A stretch of 61,835 nt of DNA, the filler included, from Stramenopiles sp. TOSAG23-3 (Eukaryota): NCBI GenBank assembly GCA_900128585.1. It is 4 parts of 4 records of this genome, joined end to end, with 100 filler letters (N's around TTAATTAATTAA, not from the genome) between each part and the next. Parts side by side here need not be neighbours in the genome. Positions count along the whole stretch, not along the records: positions 28,794 to 57,405 come from LT642244.1; positions 57,506 to 59,620 come from LT645058.1; positions 59,721 to 61,835 come from LT645059.1; 1 more part is not named here. The stretch is one strand, 5' to 3'. The translations under genes and the position numbers were made by a program. The notes beneath the pieces are model-generated. The model was not told where the DNA came from. It was given only the letters and a program-made list of their open reading frames with translations, and did not search any database. Positions 51,400-60,276 of the stretch are shown here, in pieces (within the stretch, counting starts at the first letter, position 1; every line of letters begins with the position of its first letter).

Positions 51400-53535
51400 T
51401 TAAATAAGGCCTTCTCCTTTTTCTCCCCCTTCTTCTTTTTCTTCTGGTGGCGGCTGAACAACGGTTGCGTTTAATTTTAGTATGTACCAATGCCTCATGA
51501 TTATGTCGAAGGCAACGTCTAGTTCGATAACCTTCCCCGTGCGCTTTCCGACTTGCTCAGCCTTTGATCTTAGTTCATTGTAGCATTCTTGCACTTTGGA
51601 CGTTTTGAACTCTTTAAATATAGCCGAGCATCCGTCTAACGTGCTTTTCAACTTGATGTGACACGGATCGTCGTCCATGCGCTCTTCAATGGAGTCGACG
51701 GGCAAAACGACCTGCAGCACGCTAAGGTACGTGTCTATTGCGTTCTCGTGGTAAGGTGTTTTCACGACCTTGTGGCAGTCTTCAGGCAGCCAACCGGTAA
51801 GAGTTCCGAACCAGCGCGTGCGCAGATCCTCTTCTTCATATTTGACAATGCCATTTCGAAATTCTGCCTTTTTCTTCGAACTCAGCGCCGGTATACCGTA
51901 CATGTGCTCGAAAAAATCAGCCACGAACTCTGGAAGGGTGTCCTTTTCGTTACCTTTTCTCTCATCGATAATGTCTGCTTTAACCTTTTTCTCGAATATG
52001 CCTGCAATAGTATCCAAGACTTTGGCAAGCGGCAATATCGACTTTGTGACACCCTTCTTCTTACCGCGCCTTTTCTTTCTCTTCTTCTTTCGCATTTTCC
52101 CAGCTTTCTTGAACATCTTCATAGCAGAAAATCTTCGCCAGGTCTTTTGTATTACTATCGCTTGACTAATTCTCCGCTTTTGCTTTGCCCAGTTTGCTTT
52201 CATTGCTTGAAGTATAGCATAGGTCTTCGGGTCCATATTGTTTCTTACAGAGAACCCCCTCCACATTTTTTGAATTTTTAGCACGACACCGCTCTTTTCT
52301 AGTCTTTTGTAGAATATTCTCCTCCGGGCCAGCCGTTGAATTCGTTTCACAAGGTGCATTATGCGCAACTTCACTGCAGTCACCGAAATGATCCCGTTTC
52401 TTTTTTTGTACTGAAGCGTTCGCCGCGCCATCTTTTGACGCCAAGCGGACTGAATGATAATGGCCGAACTAACAAGCTTCTCTGGTTTGTGATTGTAAGC
52501 CGAGAGCATCTTGAACCTGGCGCGTCCTTTCTTGCCGCGCCAGATCTTTTGCACCTTTAGGCACGCCACGTTCCGCTTCGAAAATTTGTAACCATCTTTT
52601 TTTCGGTCCACAAATCGGCTCAACGTGTCGACAGCCTTCTTAATCTCCAGAGCGTCCCGCCGTCGTCGTGCACGACTAACGTACGTTCGGATGAACCGTT
52701 GCAGCACACGAATGGCTCGCTCGTGCTTGATGTGGGCCGGTGGAAAGTTCGACCAACTCTTTGAATCCTCCTCGTTAACCAAATCCGTCTTGAAGTTGTG
52801 CTGTATTGTGTCTTGCAAACTGTTCCCTGCCTGAAGCTTTTCAAAATTAGCCCGGTCTTTTATCATTTGAAGCGTTTCCTCTATAGTGTAAATTTTGCTT
52901 CGCTTCTCTACCAGCTCGTTCTCTTTTTTTCCCTTCTCTTTCTCAACGTTGTTGTGATACCACTTATTAGTCGTATCCTGGGACTTGTAGAGTTTCTTCA
53001 AGTCGACATGGTCTTCAAAGGAGACGTATGATTCGCAAGAGTACGCCCCTTTCGGCCTATGCAAGAAAGAGTAGCCCCCAAAATTAAAACTGACCTCCCC
53101 AGACGAACCCTTCAAACTGATCGCGGGAACGAGGGTCCCCCTTCGGATTGCATCCCCTTGCGACATTTGCTCCAGCTTTCCATACATTTCGCTGTGTGCC
53201 CCAAAGGCTACCCCCAGGTTTCTTCCATCCACAACAAAAGAAATGCACCCGGACAATTTGTCAAGCAGACACCCTATTACAGAGCACCGTCGCAGGTCTA
53301 CACCGGTGGCGTAAAGCTCCTTCGACTCGTTCTTGTGCCACAGTTTGCCATTGTGGCCAATGCCAAAACTGTGCTGAGAACACCCCAAGTGGTCTTCTTC
53401 TTTATCACCAGGTTTGGACGTCCACCCCAAGACAAAGTCAAAACTCTTCCTGCAGGAAGGCGGCCTGTACATTTCGTAATAGAAAACAGAATACAGCAAG
53501 GACCGTTGTATCATTTTTTTGAAACAGGCTTTCAC
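51400..53535 (-). CDS. SPRY-domain + multiple IQ-motif protein (probably the 3' part of a gene starting at 54887)
   Basis: SPRY: FYYEM, LGW, SVIGCLLD, ISFVVDGRNLGVAF, VPAISL, FNFG. IQ motifs VQKIWRG, IQSAWR, IQKMWRG, IQKTWR. Confidence 0.8.
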   Translation of the reverse strand: MKACFKKMIQRSLLYSVFYYEMYRPPSCRKSFDFVLGWTSKPGDKEEDHLGCSQHSFGIGHNGKLWHKNESKELYATGVDLRRCSVIGCLLDKLSGCISFVVDGRNLGVAFGAHSEMYGKLEQMSQGDAIRRGTLVPAISLKGSSGEVSFNFGGYSFLHRPKGAYSCESYVSFEDHVDLKKLYKSQDTTNKWYHNNVEKEKGKKENELVEKRSKIYTIEETLQMIKDRANFEKLQAGNSLQDTIQHNFKTDLVNEEDSKSWSNFPPAHIKHERAIRVLQRFIRTYVSRARRRRDALEIKKAVDTLSRFVDRKKDGYKFSKRNVACLKVQKIWRGKKGRARFKMLSAYNHKPEKLVSSAIIIQSAWRQKMARRTLQYKKRNGIISVTAVKLRIMHLVKRIQRLARRRIFYKRLEKSGVVLKIQKMWRGFSVRNNMDPKTYAILQAMKANWAKQKRRISQAIVIQKTWRRFSAMKMFKKAGKMRKKKRKKRRGKKKGVTKSILPLAKVLDTIAGIFEKKVKADIIDERKGNEKDTLPEFVADFFEHMYGIPALSSKKKAEFRNGIVKYEEEDLRTRWFGTLTGWLPEDCHKVVKTPYHENAIDTYLSVLQVVLPVDSIEERMDDDPCHIKLKSTLDGCSAIFKEFKTSKVQECYNELRSKAEQVGKRTGKVIELDVAFDIIMRHWYILKLNATVVQPPPEEKEEGGEKGEGLI

Positions 53536-53570
53536 GGCAATCGCCGCCCGCTTATCGCTGTGCTTGTCGC

Positions 53571-54887
53571 TCAGTACCAGGCTGTTGTCATGTCCCTTTG
53601 TTTGTCCATGTGACGCTTCAGTTTCCCGTGCATGCGAGGTCCTCGGGTGTGCAAACCATCAAGCCCCCGGGCCAACAGTCCAAAGGCAGAATCAGCTTTG
53701 ATTGGGTTGCCAAAAACGTCTTTAGAATCAACTTCTTTGACCGTTCTGTCCAGGTACTTCGTCTCAAACGAGTGGCTCAACCGCTTAGTTTGTTGCGGTC
53801 CATGGTTTGCGCACATGGTTTGCCACACCGGGTCTTTTGGGGGAGGCAATGATTCTTGGTTTTCAAAATGGATAGGAAGCTTCGATAATTTAGATGTTGG
53901 ACGGATGATTTCGCAAGTCAAGTGCCCATTTTTAACGTGCAAAGCATAGTCGTTCTCAGAATGCACGAGGAGAAACTTTTTGTGCATAAAATGGTGCGAG
54001 TCGTACATGTTCAACCTGCCCACCCTTAACTTTTTCTGATACATTGCTTTCATCGTCAATTCCATGTGGTTCTGTTTTATGTTTGAGCACGTTTCATCGA
54101 TCTTGTCGCCCAACTGTTTTAGGATTTCCGCTGAATTTTTGAAACAATTTTTTATGTCCGTCTTACTTTTAAAGCGCCGTCGCTGTAGCTCTTCATTGAG
54201 CGCGTTCCGTTCGGTGAAAATCTTGTCCAGCAAGGTAGATTCCTTCAGCATGCCTTTCACTTTCCAGTTGCCTTTCCGCCGTTTTCTCTCTTTTCTATTT
54301 GCAATGCTTGACAGCGCAATTATTGGGATGAATTTCACACTGTCCTCGTGCTCTAGTTTTGCCGAGCGGGCTCGAAACGCATTGATTTCTTTTTCACTTT
54401 TCATCAAATCCCATTCGGTCTCGATCTCAATGAACGCGCGGGCTTCTTCTGCCCATCCGGAAATCAAATCGCTCTCATAATGCAGCGCACGGGCTTGGGT
54501 TACTTCAACCTCTGCGTCTGTAGTCCCGCTGGATACTTGGAGCTTCTTGTACCACGGCATATTGCTCATGTCCACGCCCTCCTGTTGCTTTGCGTTTTCA
54601 AATGATGTCATTGAAATTTTATCTGACAGTGGAACGTGCACGTCAGTCGCCGTTCTTTTCGCGTGCTTTTGCTGAGCTTCCAACACCAAATTGTGCCCTT
54701 GGTGCATTTGGATGCTCGTCCGCCGGGTCAATATCCTCTGTTTAAATTTCAGGTCCGCGCCCGAAGCCCTTTTAGAAAAAGTGGTAGTACGCTTTCTTCT
54801 CCGTAATGGGGATTCTACAATTTGAGCCCCTTCCGTGGGCCTCAGCGGACGTTTGTTCATCGTCGTCCTCCGCTTCGACCTCCTCAT
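53571..54887 (-). CDS. Hypothetical basic/coiled-coil ORF, probably the 5' part of the SPRY/IQ gene
   Basis: Long ORF ending about 35 nt before the SPRY ORF, with no AT-rich spacer between them. Confidence 0.6.
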   Translation of the reverse strand: MRRSKRRTTMNKRPLRPTEGAQIVESPLRRRKRTTTFSKRASGADLKFKQRILTRRTSIQMHQGHNLVLEAQQKHAKRTATDVHVPLSDKISMTSFENAKQQEGVDMSNMPWYKKLQVSSGTTDAEVEVTQARALHYESDLISGWAEEARAFIEIETEWDLMKSEKEINAFRARSAKLEHEDSVKFIPIIALSSIANRKERKRRKGNWKVKGMLKESTLLDKIFTERNALNEELQRRRFKSKTDIKNCFKNSAEILKQLGDKIDETCSNIKQNHMELTMKAMYQKKLRVGRLNMYDSHHFMHKKFLLVHSENDYALHVKNGHLTCEIIRPTSKLSKLPIHFENQESLPPPKDPVWQTMCANHGPQQTKRLSHSFETKYLDRTVKEVDSKDVFGNPIKADSAFGLLARGLDGLHTRGPRMHGKLKRHMDKQRDMTTAWY

Positions 54888-55675
54888 AACTGCAATCTGG
54901 TGAGTGAAAAAGAAATGGGAACAAAACACGTAGAAAGATCGAAAAAGAGTGCGACTACCATGAAGTTGGTTGGTTGTTCCATTACTTTTATAATTGAATT
55001 TATTTATTTTATTGGATTACATGAACGATTGGTATATTGGTGAATTAAATGAATTTACAAAGTCGTATATATGAGGGCTACTCCACTAATACCAAACCGT
55101 TATTATCAAATTATTTTTTGTTTTTTTATCATTTAGTATAGTAATACACTCCTCCAAATTGCATAGTAATTAATTACGTACAGTATTCTAAAGAGTACGA
55201 GGCTATGCTGCCATCTTCTTCTTCTATCTCGTCGCGTAACGGCAAAAGATACCGTATTTGTATTATTTATTATTATATTCTAATTTCAATTTACCTATAC
55301 AAAACTAGGAGGAGTCCAACCGTTCGATAGGGTAGGGTACACGTTCGAGTATTAATATTTAGTATTAATATTTATTTCTGCTTGAACTTGCTTGCTTCAT
55401 TTCGCACTTCGAACTTTGTGACCATCTCCAACTCCTCGATGTTGTGTTACCTTGGTACTATTTAATTCTTCTTATAGAATATATATTATTAATAAATTGG
55501 TATCGTACGACGTACCTTCGCAGTCGAGAGTTGTGCAACAAAATTTCATGTGCGATTCAATAAAAAATAATTTATACAAACATTTTTGTATACTTACCTT
55601 TCAAGTATTCTGAAAGAGGCTCGCACGTCTCTCTCTCTCGTACTTTTCACGAGTGTGGACGTTTGAACATATGGT

Positions 55676-57172
55676 TTAGTCACCGTACAGTTCAGATACG
55701 TCAGCAGTTAGTTTACCATTGCGAATGGTGTGAACGTACTGTTCTGGAATTGGACGCTCGATAAGGTCATCGTCATCCGTTGCTCCCGGGTACGCAACGT
55801 TCATCTCAGAACTTTTCGATGCAACGATCGAAATACTGTCCATACTTTCACGGCTTACGTAGACAGTGATGCCGTCGGTCTTGTCGATCGCAATATTGTT
55901 GCAATTCTTTCGGCCCTGGACCTTTACATTCTTGCTGTTCACAATTTCGCAGCTACCCAACGTGGCATCAAAGACTACATTCGTACGAGAGCAGTTGTCG
56001 AGCGTAATGTTGTTCACTTTGCCGTTGATCACGATGGTAGCGCCGGTGCATTTGTAGATGTACACGGTTTGCTTCACATTCAGCTCCTCCTCGGATAGCT
56101 CACACACCCCAGTCTGGTATTCAATTTGCCATTTCTTCCCGGCAAGCTTGCGGACAGGATCTTTCTTCACAGCGACAGCTTTCTTTGTGACGGAACCGGT
56201 CCCGAAGCGTTTCTTTGCAGCGGCCGCAGACTTCTTCTTCTTCACGGCGTCGTCCTCGGCGTACTTTTTGCCGGCGGCATCCTTCTTCACGTGGCGAAGT
56301 CCGGCAGTTTTCCCTCCTTTTTGGCGCTCCTGAACGGCTCGAATTTGTGCGAACAAGGCACCGGAATCAGCGCCCTTCGGTGCGGCCGCCGCCGCTGCCG
56401 GTGCCGGGGGTGGCATAGGAGGGGGTGGGCCCCGCGGGACCCCTCGCGCACCGCGAGGACCACGGGCACCGGCTGGCGCAGGTGGGCCCGCGCTGCCGCT
56501 GCTACTACTAGAATAATCCTTCGGGTCCTTTCCTCCCAGGGCCTTGGCTTTCCAGTCCAGGCCAGCTTTGTGGTACTCCGCGGTAAACTCTTTTAGCCCC
56601 TTGAGCATTTGAAGCAACGCTTGGTACCACTTTTTCTGGTCGGCGTCGTCGGGGCTGTCCTTTCGAATCTTGTTTATGTAGAACATAGCCGCATCGATTG
56701 CGCCCTCCTGGATTGTTTTCGGGACGGGGCACGGGGGCATAACCGTCCAACTAAAACTTCCCTGGCAGGCATCCGACCACGCCATCTTGTGGTTGAAGGT
56801 TTTGGATCCGCGGGCAGCGTCTTTCGACGCCGAGGACGCCTTGACTTGTTGAACCATCCCGTCGGCGTACTTCATCAAGTCTGCTTGAGAGGTTGGCTTG
56901 AAGCACTTTGAGGCCATATCAAAAAGAGTGCGCATTCCGTTGAAGCCACTTTCTACTTGCTCGGCCATCTCAGTAAGCTGGATTTTCTTACACGCTGCAG
57001 AAAATGCGGCCACTTTGTCCTTTCGAAAAGCATCGAACGCGAGAACGTTCTCTGCAACTTCTTCTTCGGCATCCGGACCCGGGCCGCCACTCTGGATGCC
57101 GGACTTTAGTTCCAGCCGTCCAAGTCTGGCAGAAATGCCTTTGAGCAAATCCAATATTTCGGCGTTTGACAT
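55676..57172 (-). CDS. CAP1: Adenylyl cyclase-associated protein (CAP/Srv2)
   Basis: N-terminal RLGRLE, helical domain (DAAMFYINKI), poly-Pro, WH2 (ALFAQI..GLRHVK), CARP beta-helix (GKVNNITLDNC, IDKTDG, SKSSEMNV, PIPEQY). Confidence 0.95.
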   Translation of the reverse strand: MSNAEILDLLKGISARLGRLELKSGIQSGGPGPDAEEEVAENVLAFDAFRKDKVAAFSAACKKIQLTEMAEQVESGFNGMRTLFDMASKCFKPTSQADLMKYADGMVQQVKASSASKDAARGSKTFNHKMAWSDACQGSFSWTVMPPCPVPKTIQEGAIDAAMFYINKIRKDSPDDADQKKWYQALLQMLKGLKEFTAEYHKAGLDWKAKALGGKDPKDYSSSSSGSAGPPAPAGARGPRGARGVPRGPPPPMPPPAPAAAAAAPKGADSGALFAQIRAVQERQKGGKTAGLRHVKKDAAGKKYAEDDAVKKKKSAAAAKKRFGTGSVTKKAVAVKKDPVRKLAGKKWQIEYQTGVCELSEEELNVKQTVYIYKCTGATIVINGKVNNITLDNCSRTNVVFDATLGSCEIVNSKNVKVQGRKNCNNIAIDKTDGITVYVSRESMDSISIVASKSSEMNVAYPGATDDDDLIERPIPEQYVHTIRNGKLTADVSELYGD

Positions 57173-57405
57173 GGTTGTATTATGAAAAGGAATAAAAAAA
57201 GAATAGAATGTATAAAACTGCTGTACGTAAACTTTCTTGGGGTTGGGTTGTCATATATTTAAAAACTTAATTCCACATCTTTCTTTCATTTCTTTCACTC
57301 AATCCGTTCACTCTCTATCATAATCCATTCTTCATAGACCAATAGTCGTCTTCTTCTTTATTATTGACCAATAATAATTATTATTTTTTTGTTTTTCTTC
57401 TTTTT

Positions 57406-57505
57406 NNNNNNNNNNNNNNNNNNNNNNNNNNNNNNNNNNNNNNNNNNNNTTAATTAATTAANNNNNNNNNNNNNNNNNNNNNNNNNNNNNNNNNNNNNNN
57501 NNNNN
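57406..57505. other. Artificial contig linker
   Basis: N run + TTAATTAATTAA + N run. Confidence 0.97.
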
Positions 57506-57507
57506 CC

Positions 57508-58260
57508 GGCTGCGAGCTTCTTGCGGACCTGTTCTATCTGCAAGAACCTTCAAAAGTAAAACCGAACGATTACGTGGAAGACCTCTCCTCTTCCAGCGAC
57601 GACGAGAGCGACTACGAGACGGACGAAGACGACGATGTCGCTGCACCGAACGACGAAGGTTCCGCCCCCGCAGTGCTTGCACCGTCGGAAATCGTGTTGG
57701 ACCAAAGGGCTGGCGAGAGGGATGGGGACAGCATGGATCAGCCCAGCAGCAACACCGACGCGCCGAAAGTTAGCGAGGTCGACCCGTTGGAAACCAAGAG
57801 CGCCCTCGGGAATGACCAGGAAGGAGCACTCTCTGCGTCGGAGAAAACAGCGTCCGAGACCGAGGCTGCGACTGTTGACGAGGGACACGCTGCACCCGCG
57901 GAGGAGGAGGAAGAAGCGGCCCCGGCAGGGGAACCAGAGGCGGCGCCCGCGGTCGAGGCCGAGGATGCAAAACCATCGCAAGAAGCCGACGGCAACGACC
58001 GCCAGGCACAATACTTTCATGACATGAAGCAACAGAAAATAGAGGAAGAAGAGGCGAAAAAGAAGGAACGAGAACAGAAGCTTGCCGCGATGACGGAAGA
58101 CGAAAGGGCGGCGTTTTTGGATGGGGAAAAGCAAAAAGAGACCCACGAAAAGGAGAAGGAAAAACATTTAAAGACACTTGCGAAATCTGCCGGTGGGAGC
58201 AAGAAGAAGAAAAAGATCGGTGGTGGCAGGGGAAAAAAGAAAAAGAAAGCAAATAAATAA
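57508..58260 (+). CDS. 3' fragment of an acidic, low-complexity protein with Lys-rich tail (5' end lost in the gap)
   Basis: Frame open from the gap edge (GCELLADLFYLQEPS...) to TAA at 58260. Confidence 0.65.
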   Translation, partial: GCELLADLFYLQEPSKVKPNDYVEDLSSSSDDESDYETDEDDDVAAPNDEGSAPAVLAPSEIVLDQRAGERDGDSMDQPSSNTDAPKVSEVDPLETKSALGNDQEGALSASEKTASETEAATVDEGHAAPAEEEEEAAPAGEPEAAPAVEAEDAKPSQEADGNDRQAQYFHDMKQQKIEEEEAKKKEREQKLAAMTEDERAAFLDGEKQKETHEKEKEKHLKTLAKSAGGSKKKKKIGGGRGKKKKKANK

Positions 58261-58532
58261 TACACAGTATCCCTGTGTGTTCTCGTGTATTTCCTTACTA
58301 TGATATATAAAAAAACAAATTATATAGACTAGTATGTTTTAAGACTCTCATTTTAAATCAAATACTAATTCAAATCCAACCCTAATCCTATCTCGATTTG
58401 TTAATTTGATTTTTAGTTTCAGTTCGTCGTGGATGATTATTAGTCATCATCACAGAGGAATTATTTTTATTCCTATTCCAAAGAGAAGAATTATTACCAG
58501 ATGATTTTTGATATATAATATTTTATAACTTG

Positions 58533-58599
58533 TAGGGTAAGTATGAGGAAGCTAAATTTAATTACTTAAATAACAGCCAATTTTCTTGTTTTTTTTTAG
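58533..58599 (-). repeat. Family A repeat, short subtype
   Basis: Reverse complement matches the 24871 copy (...GTAATTAAATTTAGCTTCCTCATAC...CCTA). Confidence 0.95.
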
Positions 58600-58630
58600 T
58601 AATTAAAAATATAAACATCTCAGCTTGAAT

Positions 58631-59413
58631 TTAAACAGTTTTTGACGCTCCAACTATGCCTGAAACCAGATCAGATTTACACCGCTGAAATTCTGCTTCA
58701 GACATAAGGCCTAGGTCTTTAGCCTGTTTCAGCTCCTGTAATTTACTGGCCAATGAATCCGAAGGTTTTACTTTTCGGTTGGCTTCTCCTGGAGCCTGCT
58801 GATTATTTTCTTTTGGCTGTTCTTCACCTGTGATCACTTCTCCGAGCTCCAGCTGATTATTTTCTTTTGGTTGCTCTTTACCTGCGATCCTTTCTTCGTA
58901 AAATATTCTCAAAAATATAATATTAATGAGAAAATAACCAAGTAAAGAAAAAAAATTCACAAACAACAACATAGTGTGTGTTCCTTTGCCCGTTTGCCGT
59001 TGCCTTTGGGCCGCTGCAAGCCCTAATAACACCATAATCCATAAACCGCCGAAGATACACGCACCACATCGAATTGGGCAAAAACAAAAAAGGCAACAGC
59101 AACAGGTAGGACAGCACCACTTGCCCTTGAACAAAAGACAGCCGCTACCTTCAATAATGAAATACGCCAGCCCGTGCAGTGCCCCACCAATTACCAACAG
59201 AATCTCATCTGCTACTTGGTTTGGTTGCTTTTGCTCTTTATCAATTATCATGCCGGTTACCCAAAAGGGAACGGCAAGTAGAACCAGAAAAATAGAAAAC
59301 TTATATCCTTTAATATAACGTGTTTTTTTAAGAGCTTGGTAACCTTCTCCCTCCACAAATTGTCCTTCGCCACGTGCTTGACCCATAGCAAAATTAGCGT
59401 AGGCGGAGGCCAT
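58631..59413 (-). CDS. Small multi-pass membrane protein with Cys cluster and C-terminal SHOCT-like domain
   Basis: About 4 hydrophobic helices, WCCPTCCCCLFCFCP, SLASKLQELKQAKDLGLMSEAEFQRCKSDL. Start codon uncertain. Confidence 0.65.
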   Translation of the reverse strand: MASAYANFAMGQARGEGQFVEGEGYQALKKTRYIKGYKFSIFLVLLAVPFWVTGMIIDKEQKQPNQVADEILLVIGGALHGLAYFIIEGSGCLLFKGKWCCPTCCCCLFCFCPIRCGACIFGGLWIMVLLGLAAAQRQRQTGKGTHTMLLFVNFFSLLGYFLINIIFLRIFYEERIAGKEQPKENNQLELGEVITGEEQPKENNQQAPGEANRKVKPSDSLASKLQELKQAKDLGLMSEAEFQRCKSDLVSGIVGASKTV

Positions 59414-59620
59414 TCTCTTACCTTCTAGTGCTATTTCTTTTAAAATAACGGTTTGAAGCGTCAATAATATTTGTCGACTTGAAATTAGTTTTCCATTATT
59501 CCAAACTAATATTTTTTGTATGTCATCGTCGGACTACTATAACTTCTTGTCGGTAGAGAAGGATAATTGTGGGATTGTTTTTTATTCAACAATAAAAAAT
59601 ATCCACATAATAATAATAAA

Positions 59621-59720
59621 NNNNNNNNNNNNNNNNNNNNNNNNNNNNNNNNNNNNNNNNNNNNTTAATTAATTAANNNNNNNNNNNNNNNNNNNNNNNN
59701 NNNNNNNNNNNNNNNNNNNN
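59621..59720. other. Artificial contig linker
   Basis: N run + TTAATTAATTAA + N run. Confidence 0.97.
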
Positions 59721-59862
59721 AGTTCTGGTCAAGATTCCAATTGATTGGTCTTAAAAGTACACAAGCGGCATAAATGTTTTAAAGGGGCTCGTTGTCTGTG
59801 GTACTGAAATATAATATCCGAAACATCTATCATATGAAAAGTACTTAATATTTTCCTTTTAT

Positions 59863-60270
59863 AAAACAAGAAAATTGGCTGTTATTTAAGTAATTAAAAT
59901 TAATGTACTTGCAAACTGAAATCTAGATTTAGACATTCTAGGTTTACATTCCTTCATGAACTGCGAACTTATCTTTGCTCTTTTGGTCTTACTATTGGTA
60001 GTAGTTTATTTTTTACGCAAACGCACATTGTACGAAACCGCAGTTTTTACTCGGTACACACACACACACACACTTAATGGCAAGATAAAGGAACGGGGAT
60101 GGATTGGAGGGAAGAACGTCTGTGAGAACAACAAAGTCATACTGCGCGCGGCCTCTTCATCATACGCAACTCTTACTCGTACTATTGCACGTAGTTCGTA
60201 CTTAGTACTTTGTAAGATCTTATATCTATGAAAGATAATTACTTAAATAACAGCCAATTTTCTTGTTTTT
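59863..60270. repeat. Family A repeat, longest copy (59863-59993, +) and inverted copy (60236-60270, -)
   Basis: Exact core in both orientations flanking about 240 bp of unique sequence. Confidence 0.95.
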
Positions 60271-60276
60271 AAAATG

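Noticed and set aside
28694-59720. TTAATTAATTAA palindrome within N runs (three times)
   Set aside because: Identical 100-nt artificial linkers with six-frame stops. Not biological, and adjacency across them is unproven.
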